DNA from: Methanomassiliicoccales archaeon
Lineage (GTDB): Archaea; Thermoplasmatota; Thermoplasmata; Methanomassiliicoccales; UBA472
DNA: 41,860 bases
Assembly (NCBI GenBank): GCA_050014375.1
Contig: JBEKDM010000001.1
Coordinates: forward strand, 1 to 41,860
Reading direction: 5' to 3'
The position numbers and the translations under genes were made by a program. Positions within the stretch are counted from its first letter, which is position 1, and the number at the start of each line of letters is the position of its first letter. The notes below the pieces were generated by a model. It was not told the origin of the DNA and ran no database searches. It saw nothing but the letters and a program-made list of their open reading frames with translations. Positions 8,652-17,713 of this stretch are shown here, piece by piece.

Positions 8652-9542
8652 TCAGGGGACCATCCGATCGATCGGCGTTATCAGTATCCCAGACGCACCC
8701 AGCCGCTTCAGCCTGATGATCGCGTCATAGACATGGTCCTTGTCGATGACCACATGAACGGCAACGACGTCCTCTCTGCCTGCGATGTTCATGACCGTGG
8801 GACCGGCTATGCCTGGGAAGTACTTCCGTACCTCGTCCAGTGCAGTGGTCGGAACGTCGGCCATGAGGTATTTTTTGTTCTCGGCGTCCATGACGCTTCT
8901 CATCGCCGAAACGAGTTCGTCGATCTCATCGCGCCGGGTCTTATAGGATTCGTGATTGGCAATGACCACGGCCTGCGAGTGGGTGATGACGGCGATCTCT
9001 TTGAGGTGGTTCATCTTCAGCGTCGATCCGCTGGAGACCAGATCGGATATGACGTCGGCCACGCCTAGGTGCGGCGTAACCTCTGCCGCGCCCGATATCT
9101 TGGTGATCTCAACCTTCTTGCCCAAACGTTCGAAGTACTTCTGGGTCATGTTGGGGAACGAGGTGGCCACGACCGTGCCGTCCCTGATGTCGTCGACGCT
9201 GTCGAAGCCCGATCCCTCGGGTGCGGCTATGGAAAGCCGGCAGTGACCGAAGTCCAGTTCGTAGACGGTCTTGACGTCGACCCCGGCCTCCAAGACCAGG
9301 TCCTTTCCGGTGACTCCGACATCCACTGCTCCCTTATGCACAAAACGCACGATGTCGGAGGCACGCAGGAACATCACCGAAAGGTTCCTCACGTTCGTGT
9401 AGAGCTTCCTCTCGTCCGCCCCCTCGATCTCCAGACCTGCGTGGTTCAGTATCTGGACCGTCCGCTCGCTCAGCCTTCCCTTGTTGGGTATGGCGAACTT
9501 TAGTGTCAAGTGCTCACCGTGTCGGTTGGTCAACGATAACAC
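8652..9542 (-). CDS. hisG: ATP phosphoribosyltransferase, long form with C-terminal regulatory domain
   Basis: 296-aa ORF with KFAIPNKGRL, DVGVTGKD, DLVSSGSTL and a HisG_C-like tail. Start is GTG 9542 or in-frame TTG 9509. Confidence 0.9.
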   Translation of the reverse strand: MLSLTNRHGEHLTLKFAIPNKGRLSERTVQILNHAGLEIEGADERKLYTNVRNLSVMFLRASDIVRFVHKGAVDVGVTGKDLVLEAGVDVKTVYELDFGHCRLSIAAPEGSGFDSVDDIRDGTVVATSFPNMTQKYFERLGKKVEITKISGAAEVTPHLGVADVISDLVSSGSTLKMNHLKEIAVITHSQAVVIANHESYKTRRDEIDELVSAMRSVMDAENKKYLMADVPTTALDEVRKYFPGIAGPTVMNIAGREDVVAVHVVIDKDHVYDAIIRLKRLGASGILITPIDRMVP

Positions 9543-9601
9543 ATTACTTCAACCTTTTGCGCATTGACCAGTCGTTCCGGCAGCAAAGTGTCGTGAGCGT
9601 C

Positions 9602-10021
9602 CTATTGCACCCGATTCTCTAGCGGGGCGCCACAGGATACGCACTTCTGATTTCCAGGCGCATTCTGCATCCCGCAATATTCGCACCTACCATGCACGGC
9701 CCATTCCTTACGTAGATGTTCGATGCGGGACCTCTCCTTTTTCACGATGCCCCTGCCGATGAGGAAAAAGATGATGGCCACGATGATGAGGGCCAGACTG
9801 ACAAATAAGAAACCGGATTCGGCCAGCAACCCCGGAAGGAGAAAGCCGAAGGCGAAGAAGCCCATCATCCCGGCCAGGGCGTAGAACAGCATCGCCTTGG
9901 ACTTGGCGTCCGAATCGGGATCGTCGTATATCGGTGGAACTAGTGAAAGGTCGCTCCCGCATTTCGGGCAGAACCTCGTCCCGGGCTTCGACTCGGTTTC
10001 GCAGGCAGGACATTTGGTCAT
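9602..10021 (-). CDS. Small membrane protein with N- and C-terminal zinc ribbons flanking two predicted TM helices
   Basis: 139-aa ORF with CPAC..x11..CPKC at the N-terminus and CEYC..x10..CVSC at the C-terminus. The hydrophobic core is MLFYALAGMMGFFAFGFLLPGLL / FLFVSLALIIVAIIFFLIG. No family was recognised. Confidence 0.55.
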   Translation of the reverse strand: MTKCPACETESKPGTRFCPKCGSDLSLVPPIYDDPDSDAKSKAMLFYALAGMMGFFAFGFLLPGLLAESGFLFVSLALIIVAIIFFLIGRGIVKKERSRIEHLRKEWAVHGRCEYCGMQNAPGNQKCVSCGAPLENRVQ

Positions 10022-10070
10022 GGATGCCGGGGAAAACCTGGTCTCACGATATGATTCTTTCCCGAAGATC

Positions 10071-10811
10071 TCAGCGAAGGCCTTCCGGGATCAGGATCCG
10101 CGAAGCACGAGAGAATGTTCCGTTCGCCGGAACCATTCTCGGGAGCCGTCCCTTGAAAGCGATCTTATCTCGGACGATGGCGGAGCAGCCAGTCACGTCC
10201 TTGACCTTGGCGACCTCTTCGACGGCCTTGGTCATGATCTCATCATCGTCTGACCTGACCAGGTTGCCCAGCATGCTGGCGCAGGCGTCTGCCAAAGCAA
10301 CGTTGTCGGAGATGACGATGGCGGCGTCGGCCATACCGAACGATATCGAAGGGCCCACCGTCGCCGACGATGTGCATATGCCCATGATGTGGTCGACCGG
10401 CTCGAAACGGAACGCCAGCTCGCTGAACCTCGAGTCGCCAGCGTATATGCCGATGTCCACCTCCCGGTCAAGTATCATGGCGATGTCACCACCGTTGTCG
10501 ACCAACGCATGGACCGCTCCGGCCGACCGCATCGCCTCTACCGCCGCCTCCGCCACCGCTCCCGCCACGGCTGCCATCGGCCCCACGTTGGCGGCCCTTC
10601 CAGCGTCGCACATCCGTTTAACCAGGGGCGGGGCGTTTTCGCCTTCGCGGTAGGGTTCCAGTGTTGACCGGAAGAACGGATCCCCGGCGATGAACTGCTC
10701 CAATACTTTCCGTGAATCGAAGATGGAACGCTTGGCCTCCGGTATGAAACGTTCATCGGCCACGATGGTGACGGCCGTTTCCCGTAGTTCGAAGTGCTCC
10801 CTCACGATCAT
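10071..10811 (-). CDS. UPF0280 / COG2122 ApbE-like protein (M. acetivorans MA1715 type, implicated in sulfide assimilation)
   Basis: The ORF-track start at 10964 overlaps the ferredoxin gene. ATG 10811 (MIVREHFELRET...) forms an ATGA overlap with that gene's stop. The family call rests on overall resemblance recalled from UPF0280 proteins, which is moderate certainty. Confidence 0.65.
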   Translation of the reverse strand: MIVREHFELRETAVTIVADERFIPEAKRSIFDSRKVLEQFIAGDPFFRSTLEPYREGENAPPLVKRMCDAGRAANVGPMAAVAGAVAEAAVEAMRSAGAVHALVDNGGDIAMILDREVDIGIYAGDSRFSELAFRFEPVDHIMGICTSSATVGPSISFGMADAAIVISDNVALADACASMLGNLVRSDDDEIMTKAVEEVAKVKDVTGCSAIVRDKIAFKGRLPRMVPANGTFSRASRILIPEGLR

Positions 10812-11212
10812 ATCTTGAACGCTATGGCGCCGGGCGGGCAGGCATCGATGCAGGTCCCGCAGGCGATGCACTTCTCGGGCAGGTAATGGACCATCTTGGT
10901 GTCCGGGTCCATGCACATGGCCTCGACCGGGCAGATGCTTATGCACATGCCACAGTGGGTGCAACGTTCCTCGTCCTTTTTCACATAGGCGTTCAGCTCG
11001 CGGACCTCCACCCTGCTCTTCTTAAGGTACTCGACTGCCTTCTTGATCATGTCCGCCTTTCCCTGCATCTCGATCAGCATCTTGCCGCCGACGTCATTGA
11101 CCTCGGCCCTGAGGATGTTGATCTGGAGGTCGTAGTCCTTGACCATGCGGTAGGTGATCGGCTCGTTCACCAGGTCCGGGGTGAAACTGAGCTGGAACTT
11201 TTTCTTGGTCAT
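10808..11212 (-). CDS. NIL-domain 2x[4Fe-4S] ferredoxin (MA1822 type, homocysteine biosynthesis partner)
   Basis: 134 aa from ATG 11212 (TAATG junction with the upstream stop). It has an N-terminal NIL-like segment (NEPITYRMVKDYDLQINILRAEV) and two cluster motifs, CTHCGMCISICP and CIACGTCIDACP. Confidence 0.8.
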   Translation of the reverse strand: MTKKKFQLSFTPDLVNEPITYRMVKDYDLQINILRAEVNDVGGKMLIEMQGKADMIKKAVEYLKKSRVEVRELNAYVKKDEERCTHCGMCISICPVEAMCMDPDTKMVHYLPEKCIACGTCIDACPPGAIAFKI

Positions 11213-12387
11213 TATACCACGTCCTCCTTCGACATGACCTCGAGCGGCTTCTGAGCCCTTTCCTTGGGCATCGGGGCGACCGCCTGGGTGAGCGTGAACT
11301 CTCCCGCCTCGATCCATTTCTTCAGACGGTCGGCGATGATCCGGGCCTTATAGTAGCTGGAGAGGGACGAGGTCTTGACCTGCTTGCCATAGAGCTCGAT
11401 GCAACCGGAACGCAGGTCGGCGTAGTTGATCTCCATGATCGGCTTGCGCGTGCGTGACGCGACCGAATAATCAAGCAAGGGGGCGTATATCTGGTCGTCA
11501 CGGATCGAGACGAACTTCATCATTTCCTCGTCCAGTATTGGGATCGGTATGCCGATCCCTACGCCAAGGGAGAGGCCATACTTCTGGAAGTTCAGCGCCC
11601 TGAGGAACTCTGGTGTCATGCCCCGGAGGTCGCCAACCAGCGCCAGCGAGCGGGCCGCCCCCACCGGGACGCCGTTCTTCACCGCTGTCGTGGTCTTGTA
11701 CTGGGTGCCCTCCCAGGCGACATAGCCGATGCCGCCCCCCAGGAATATCCGGGTGCCGATGCCGATGGTCCTCAGTTGGGGGTCGTTCAGCAGCGGCGAG
11801 AGCTGCCCTGCCGACGAATAGGTTACGTTTCCGTAGTGCGGCAAGAGCTTTCCCATGTACGTATAGAGCGTCTTGTCCGAACTGTTAGTCGCCAGTCCGT
11901 AATTCTGGTAGGCGTTCCGGGGATTGTAAAGGTAGGCCTGGTTGATCGTCTTCAGAGAAATGTAGGTATCGATATCCTTCCGCGGATAGCAGTCTGTGCA
12001 GTACGAATTGGCCTTTAGGTGGATCGCTTTTCCAGCGACGAGCTCCTCGATGACGTGCGCACCGCCGTAGCTCATATCCTCGTCGTTGCGGAGCTCGGTG
12101 GCACCGATGTAGGCGTCGACCGCCGCCAACCCGCCGTAGGCCATGACCCCGTTCAGCGTCACATGCTGCATCTTGATCGGCGGCTCGGAATGTCCGAAGT
12201 TCAAGAAAGCGCCCGAAGAGCACATCGCCCCAAACGTGCCGGTCGTGACAACGTCGACCTCTTTGGTAGCCTTCTCGATGCCCTTGCTTTCGATGAGGCC
12301 GATGACCTCTTCGGCGGTCATCACCACCGCATCCCTCGCCTCGATCTTGCGGTTGATCTCCTCATACGTGCGTTTCACTAGAATCAC
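11212..12387 (-). CDS. COG1900/DUF39 homocysteine biosynthesis enzyme (MA1821 type; aspartate semialdehyde + sulfide route)
   Basis: 391-aa ORF with GTG start at 12387, one nt after the asd stop. Its length and blocks (VVTTGTFG.MCSSGAFLNFGH, GGAHVIEELV, RIFLGGGIGYV) match archaeal COG1900A proteins as I recall them. Confidence 0.75.
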   Translation of the reverse strand: MILVKRTYEEINRKIEARDAVVMTAEEVIGLIESKGIEKATKEVDVVTTGTFGAMCSSGAFLNFGHSEPPIKMQHVTLNGVMAYGGLAAVDAYIGATELRNDEDMSYGGAHVIEELVAGKAIHLKANSYCTDCYPRKDIDTYISLKTINQAYLYNPRNAYQNYGLATNSSDKTLYTYMGKLLPHYGNVTYSSAGQLSPLLNDPQLRTIGIGTRIFLGGGIGYVAWEGTQYKTTTAVKNGVPVGAARSLALVGDLRGMTPEFLRALNFQKYGLSLGVGIGIPIPILDEEMMKFVSIRDDQIYAPLLDYSVASRTRKPIMEINYADLRSGCIELYGKQVKTSSLSSYYKARIIADRLKKWIEAGEFTLTQAVAPMPKERAQKPLEVMSKEDVV

Positions 12388-12388
12388 C

Positions 12389-13453
12389 CTACAACAGTTT
12401 CTTGGCCTTAGCCAGCTCCGCGTTGATCACCGAGCCACCAGCGCCGCCGCGGATGGTGTTGTGCGAGAGCACCCACATCTTGGTGTACTTCCCGCTCTGC
12501 CGTACCCTGCCGACGGTGACGGCCATGCCTCGGGCCCTTGCGGGTTCGCCGGCGTTTACGTCGATGACCGGTTGTGGTCTGTCATCCTCGCTCCGGACGA
12601 TGATGGGCTGTTTGGGGGCGGTAGGAAGCTCCAGCTTCTGAGGTTCCGCTCGGAACTCGCTCAGAAGGATGGTGATCTCCTCAACGGTGGGCGACTTGCC
12701 CATGATCATGGCGGCCGACTCCATGTGGCCATCCACGACCGGGACACGCGCACACGAAGCGACCATGTCGAACGTGGCGTTCTTGACGCCGCCCTTTGGA
12801 GAGATGACGCCGAGCATCTTGAAGATCTCAGCTTCCATCTTCTCCTCCTCGCTTTTGATGTAGGGAACGACGTTCCCCAGTATGTCCAGCGACGGAACGC
12901 CGGGATAGCCTGCGCCGCTGACCGCCTGGTACGTGGAAACGCACAGGAAACGCAACCCATACTCCTCGAAGATGGCGCTCATCGGTATGGCCAATCCGGT
13001 GGTCGAGCAATTGGCATTGGTGACGATGTACCCGCCGTCCTTGAATGATTTCTGGGCCTTGACCAGCTTGATGTGCTCCGAGTTGACTTCCGGGATCAGC
13101 AATGGCACGTCGTCCCTCATCCGGTGCGAGGCGGCGTTCGAGAAGACCGCGACGGAGTTATCGGCCAATCTCTGTTCGCAGTCCTTGGCCACGTCGTTGG
13201 GCAGACCGGAGAAAGCGACCCGGCACTTCGACGCGATCGTCTTCACGTCCAGCTGTTCGATCTTTCTTTCCAGTGTTTCCTCCTTGAACGGGTAGTCCTT
13301 GATCCTCAGGACCTGCTTCAGCTTCTTCCCTTCGGACCGTTCCGATGCGTACAATCCCTGGATCTCGAAATAGGGGTGGTCCTCCAGCAGCTGGATGAAC
13401 CTCTGTCCGATGTTGCCCGTCGCTCCCAGCACCGCTACCTGTATCTTGGCCAA
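12389..13453 (-). CDS. asd: Aspartate-semialdehyde dehydrogenase
   Basis: 354-aa ORF with VLGATGNIGQR Rossmann N-terminus and active-site NCSTTG. TTG start lies one nt after the tyrA stop. Confidence 0.9.
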   Translation of the reverse strand: MAKIQVAVLGATGNIGQRFIQLLEDHPYFEIQGLYASERSEGKKLKQVLRIKDYPFKEETLERKIEQLDVKTIASKCRVAFSGLPNDVAKDCEQRLADNSVAVFSNAASHRMRDDVPLLIPEVNSEHIKLVKAQKSFKDGGYIVTNANCSTTGLAIPMSAIFEEYGLRFLCVSTYQAVSGAGYPGVPSLDILGNVVPYIKSEEEKMEAEIFKMLGVISPKGGVKNATFDMVASCARVPVVDGHMESAAMIMGKSPTVEEITILLSEFRAEPQKLELPTAPKQPIIVRSEDDRPQPVIDVNAGEPARARGMAVTVGRVRQSGKYTKMWVLSHNTIRGGAGGSVINAELAKAKKLL

Positions 13454-13454
13454 T

Positions 13455-14534
13455 TCAATCCTCTCCGAAGTATTCCTTGCCTTCCTTCATCATCTCGACG
13501 AACCTCTTTTCATCCTCGTCTAGGGCGAACGCCTCGATGTCCCCGACCGCTTCGAGGAACAGCTCCAGGCAATGCTTGCTATGGGGGTTGAGATGCTGTA
13601 TGTTATAGTAGAGTTCGGGGCTCTCGTTGGCCACCCTCTTCGACGTGGCGGCCTGGCTGCGGAAGGTGGTGGACGAGACCTGGTCCAGTCTCCCGAAGTC
13701 CTTGCCCGACTTCGTTAGCGTCCGGAAGAAAGCTATGTTCACCGCGTGTGATAGCCCCAGAACGTACGACATCAGCTCATCATGTTCCTCGACCGGCATG
13801 CGGGTCATCTTGGCGCCGGCGCCATCGAATAGTCCGGCTGCCTTATCCATCGCCTCGTTGGAGCCGCAGTCGCATATCACGATGCTCCTGTTGTACACCG
13901 AGGCCTCCGGTCCGAACATGGGATGGATAGAGCATACCTCCAGTCCTCCCGCAGCGGCCGCCCTCATCGTCGGTATTATGGAGTCCTTGATGGAGGTGAT
14001 GTCTAGGACGGTCCCCTTGGGTTTCAGCGCCAAAACATCCTCGAGGATCTGCTTCGTTGAAGGTATGGGCGTGGCTATGATGATCATATCAGCATTTCTT
14101 ACTCCGACCTTGAGGCTGACCGTCGACCGGTCCGCCTTCGAGGGTCTGGTATCGCACACATTCACCTTGTGTCCCCTCCCGGTGAGGAAGCGCACGAACC
14201 ATTGCCCCATCTTTCCGGTTCCGATGACCAGTATGTCCTGCCGCCTTCCTGGCCTGGGGAGCCTTCCTTGAGCGTCGACCGATTCCTGGATCAGTATGGT
14301 CGCGATCTCTTTCGCAGCCGCCTTACTGATGCCGACACCCTCGGCCCTTTCCAGGTACCTTTCGATCACCTGGTCCTCGACACGCTCGTTCCTGACGGGC
14401 AGTCCCTTGCGGGCCTTCTCATTGCCCATGTATAAGGCCGCCTTCATCCTCTTCTCGATGAGGTCCAGAATCTCATTGTCCAGTTCTTCGATCTTCCACC
14501 TGATGCCATCCACGCTGTCAGTCAACGAAACCAC
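13455..14534 (-). CDS. tyrA: Chorismate mutase (AroQ) fused to prephenate dehydrogenase
   Basis: 359-aa ORF. The N-terminal CM helices are IRWKIEELDNEILDLIEKRMKAA. They are followed by an ILVIGTGKMGQW Rossmann fold and a PDH domain. The start is ambiguous (GTG 14534, TTG 14525, GTG 14513). The last option lies just after the aroC stop. Confidence 0.85.
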   Translation of the reverse strand: MVSLTDSVDGIRWKIEELDNEILDLIEKRMKAALYMGNEKARKGLPVRNERVEDQVIERYLERAEGVGISKAAAKEIATILIQESVDAQGRLPRPGRRQDILVIGTGKMGQWFVRFLTGRGHKVNVCDTRPSKADRSTVSLKVGVRNADMIIIATPIPSTKQILEDVLALKPKGTVLDITSIKDSIIPTMRAAAAGGLEVCSIHPMFGPEASVYNRSIVICDCGSNEAMDKAAGLFDGAGAKMTRMPVEEHDELMSYVLGLSHAVNIAFFRTLTKSGKDFGRLDQVSSTTFRSQAATSKRVANESPELYYNIQHLNPHSKHCLELFLEAVGDIEAFALDEDEKRFVEMMKEGKEYFGED

Positions 14535-15594
14535 CCCTCACGCATAGATCCGCCAATACCAGTGCGGCGGCGGCCTCGACCACGATGACCGCCCTCGGCA
14601 CGATGCAGGGGTCGTGCCTCCCCTCTACCTTGATATCCGTCTCTTCCATCGTCGTCCGATCGACGCTACGTTGTTGCTTGGCGATCGACGCCGTCGGCTT
14701 GAACGCCACCCGGAAGGTGATCGGCATGCCGTTGGATATGCCGCCCAGGACACCTCCGGCATCGTTCTTGGCGGTGCGTAGACGCCCGTCGACCACCACG
14801 AACGGGTCATTGTGCTCTGAGCCACGCATGCAGGCGGCCCGGAAACCGGCGCCAAACTCGATGCCCTTTACTGCAGGGATCGCGAACATGATCTTGGATA
14901 GTTCACCCTCTACTGTGTCGAAGAACGGTTCGCCCAGTCCTACTGGCACTCCGTCGCATATGCAGCTGACGACGCCGCCTACACTGTCATGGTCCTCGCA
15001 CGCTTCGAGGATCTCCCTCCGCATCGTCTCGGCCACGTCCTCATTCGCCGCCCGGACGTCGTTCCCCCTCGACCGGGAGATGATCTCCTGGATGGAGCGT
15101 TCCTTGACATCGACGACCTTGCCGATGCTCTGCGTGTAAGCGGCTATCTCGATCCCCAGATCGGACAGGAGCGCCCGGGCGATGGCCCCGGCAGCCACCA
15201 GCGGTGCGGTCATGCGCCCTGAGAACTGTCCACCTCCTCGGATGTCGACGCACTGCCCATACTTCGACACCTGGGTCATGTCCGCATGGCCTGGACGCGG
15301 CACGTTCTTGAACCGTTTGTACTTGTCACTGTCCCGGTTCTCGTTGCGGATGAATATTGTGAGCGGCGTTCCAGAGGCCTTGCCGTCCCTCAATCCGGAA
15401 ACGATCTCGACGATGTCCGCTTCCTTGCGCGGAGTGCCAATACCATCTGACGGCTTGCGCAGGTCCACTTCCCGCTGCACTTCCTCGATGTCGATCGTCA
15501 GTCCCGGTGGAACGCCGTCCAGCACGCATCCCACCGCTTCTCCGTGGGACGATCCGAACAAAGTGACCTTGAACGTGTGACCGATCGTGTTCAT
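14518..15594 (-). CDS. aroC: Chorismate synthase
   Basis: Motifs FGSSHG.AVG, RPGHAD and GGG.FSGR. Trimmed to ATG 15594 (MNTIGHTFKV), which shares one nt with the aroA stop (TGATG). The ORF-track extension to 15666 overlaps aroA. Confidence 0.9.
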   Translation of the reverse strand: MNTIGHTFKVTLFGSSHGEAVGCVLDGVPPGLTIDIEEVQREVDLRKPSDGIGTPRKEADIVEIVSGLRDGKASGTPLTIFIRNENRDSDKYKRFKNVPRPGHADMTQVSKYGQCVDIRGGGQFSGRMTAPLVAAGAIARALLSDLGIEIAAYTQSIGKVVDVKERSIQEIISRSRGNDVRAANEDVAETMRREILEACEDHDSVGGVVSCICDGVPVGLGEPFFDTVEGELSKIMFAIPAVKGIEFGAGFRAACMRGSEHNDPFVVVDGRLRTAKNDAGGVLGGISNGMPITFRVAFKPTASIAKQQRSVDRTTMEETDIKVEGRHDPCIVPRAVIVVEAAAALVLADLCVRGGFVD

Positions 15595-16859
15595 CACCGC
15601 ACCTCCATTTTTGCCCCGAGCGAGACCATATCCCTCACGAAACCGGGATAGGATATCTTGAAGCAATCGCCATCCCCGATGACCGTCTCTCCTTCCGCCA
15701 CCAGCGCCGCGACCGATGCGGCCATGAGAATGCGGTGATCGGTCAGCGGGTCGACGTACCTACCTTTCAGCCGGCACGGTCCGCGAATAACGCATCCGTC
15801 CTGCTTTTCCTCGATGTTCACGCCCATGTCCGCCAGGAACTTGACGGTGGCGGCGATGCGGTCGCTCTCCTTGTAGCGGACATGTTCGGCGTTCATGATG
15901 GTAGTGACGCCCTTTGCCTGCGTGGCGACGACCGCGACTATGGGGAACAGGTCAGGCGCATCGGCCAGGTCGATCTCCATTCCATGGAGCGGCGCCGAAC
16001 TTACAGAAACGGTACCTTCGCTCTGTCTTACAGCGGCCCCGAATCGTTTGAGGATGTCGACGAAGCTTCTGTCCCCCTGCCTGTCCTTGGGGTCCAGGTT
16101 GTTGACGGTCGCTTTACCTGCCAGTGCACCTGCGGCCAATGGGAACGCCGCCGAGGAGAAATCTCCTGGAACAACGTAGTCCTGCGCCCGGTAGCTCTGC
16201 CCGCCGGGCACATGAAAGGTACAATTCGACTCAGAGCATTTGGCACCAAAACGCAACATCATGTCCATGGTGATCTCGACGTACGGTCGGGACTTGAGGT
16301 CGGTGGTGATGTGGATGTCCGTGTCCACATCCTTGAGCGGCGACGAGATCAGGAGCGAAGAGATGAACTGGGAACTAATGTCGCCTGGTATGTGTGTCTC
16401 GCGGCCGACGTTCGGCCCTCTCACCACCAGCGGGGCGAGCCCGTTACCCCGGGTGGAATAGCACTCGACTCCCAGTTCCTGTAGTGCCGAGATGAGCGGC
16501 TGCATTGGTCTCCGCCGTATGGATTCGTCGCCGGTGAGGACGGTGTGGCAGGGCAGGAGCGAAGCGATCCCGGCCACGATCCGGATGGTGGTCCCGGAGT
16601 TCTCGGTGTTGATCACATCGTCGGGGCAGGTCAGATGGCCACCTTCGATCATGCACCTTTCGCCTTCAAGAGTGACCACCCCTCCCAGCTTCCTGACCGC
16701 TTCCAGTGTGGCCAGGGTATCTCCCCCGAGAAGCACGTTGTCAAGCCTGGATGTCCCGTCGCCGAGGAGGGCCAGCACCATCGCTCGGTGGGTATAGCTC
16801 TTCGACGGGGAGGCGGACAGAGTCCCCTCGATATCCGATGGCCTGACAAGGAGTTTCAT
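15594..16859 (-). CDS. aroA: 3-phosphoshikimate 1-carboxyvinyltransferase (EPSP synthase)
   Basis: 421-aa ORF with SKSYTHRA, NSGTTIR and DHRI.MA blocks. ATGA overlap with the shikimate kinase stop. Confidence 0.9.
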   Translation of the reverse strand: MKLLVRPSDIEGTLSASPSKSYTHRAMVLALLGDGTSRLDNVLLGGDTLATLEAVRKLGGVVTLEGERCMIEGGHLTCPDDVINTENSGTTIRIVAGIASLLPCHTVLTGDESIRRRPMQPLISALQELGVECYSTRGNGLAPLVVRGPNVGRETHIPGDISSQFISSLLISSPLKDVDTDIHITTDLKSRPYVEITMDMMLRFGAKCSESNCTFHVPGGQSYRAQDYVVPGDFSSAAFPLAAGALAGKATVNNLDPKDRQGDRSFVDILKRFGAAVRQSEGTVSVSSAPLHGMEIDLADAPDLFPIVAVVATQAKGVTTIMNAEHVRYKESDRIAATVKFLADMGVNIEEKQDGCVIRGPCRLKGRYVDPLTDHRILMAASVAALVAEGETVIGDGDCFKISYPGFVRDMVSLGAKMEVR

Positions 16860-17713
16860 GCGTTCGCACCGTTGAATATGTCGGTTATTATGAACTCTTT
16901 GGTGGATTTTATGTCAGATAGGAATTTTTCGAGCTTGTCGGAATCGACCAGGATGGCGGTCGCCGGCCCGGTACCGGAGAGCCCGGCCGATCTCGCACCG
17001 AGCTCGAGCGCCCTGAAAGCGATGTCCTGGTCCACCTTCAATACCGATGCGTAACATAGGCCGTTGAGCTTCATCGCCCCGAGGTAGTCACCTTTCAACG
17101 CCATCTGGAACGCCATCTCGGCGATGTCCGCCACGGCCGAGATCCGAGCTCGGGGCAGTCCTTCCTTCCGGATTTGGAACGGCGGGACATGGATGACCAC
17201 CTTTAGGTCAGGGTCCATCGGTTCGCGCTTCAGCAGTTCGTTCTTCCGATTATCTGTGACCACCGCACCGCCGAGCCAGGAAGCGCAGGCATCGTCGAAT
17301 GCCCCGGTGACGGACACGCCCGCGTCGATCGCGCATTTGGTGCCCAGACGGATCGCGAACAATGGTTCTATGGTCTCGTCGAGTGCATCCAGCGTCGCCA
17401 TGATCACTGCATTTGCGGCCGCGCTGCTGCTCTTCAGCCCCCGGGATACGGGGATCTCGGACCGGGTCACGATCTTTGCTCCGAGCTTCTCTCCTGGCCT
17501 AAGTTTCTCGGTGACAGTTCGAAAACAGTTCTCGACCAGTTTGGTCGGCTCTCCGGTGAACCCTTCGATGGTCACTTCCACCTTCGAGGAATCGTTGATG
17601 CTGACCTCGGCCCAGGTCTTCAGGTCGATGCCGAACGCCGCGCCTTTTCCGGTGGCGATGGCGTTGACGATGGTGGCGGCCCCGTGAGATAACCCTTTTC
17701 CGGTCTGGCTCAT
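16856..17713 (-). CDS. aroK: Archaeal GHMP-family shikimate kinase (MJ1440 type)
   Basis: 285 aa from ATG 17713 (ATGA overlap with the aroDE stop). Blocks AATIVNAIATGKGAAFG, IPVSRGLKSSSAAANA and GLSGTGPA match the M. jannaschii enzyme pattern. Confidence 0.8.
   Translation of the reverse strand: MSQTGKGLSHGAATIVNAIATGKGAAFGIDLKTWAEVSINDSSKVEVTIEGFTGEPTKLVENCFRTVTEKLRPGEKLGAKIVTRSEIPVSRGLKSSSAAANAVIMATLDALDETIEPLFAIRLGTKCAIDAGVSVTGAFDDACASWLGGAVVTDNRKNELLKREPMDPDLKVVIHVPPFQIRKEGLPRARISAVADIAEMAFQMALKGDYLGAMKLNGLCYASVLKVDQDIAFRALELGARSAGLSGTGPATAILVDSDKLEKFLSDIKSTKEFIITDIFNGANA

Noticed and set aside
10812-10964. N-terminal extensions proposed by the longest-ORF track. Affected genes: UPF0280 to 10964, ferredoxin to 11317, aroC to 15666, shikimate kinase to 17971, aroDE to 19290, hisB to 6321.
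   Set aside because: The extensions overlap the preceding gene and translate to His/Arg/Gly-rich junk. In each case an internal ATG sits exactly at an ATGA, TGATG, TAATG or stop-N1 junction and begins the conserved family N-terminus.
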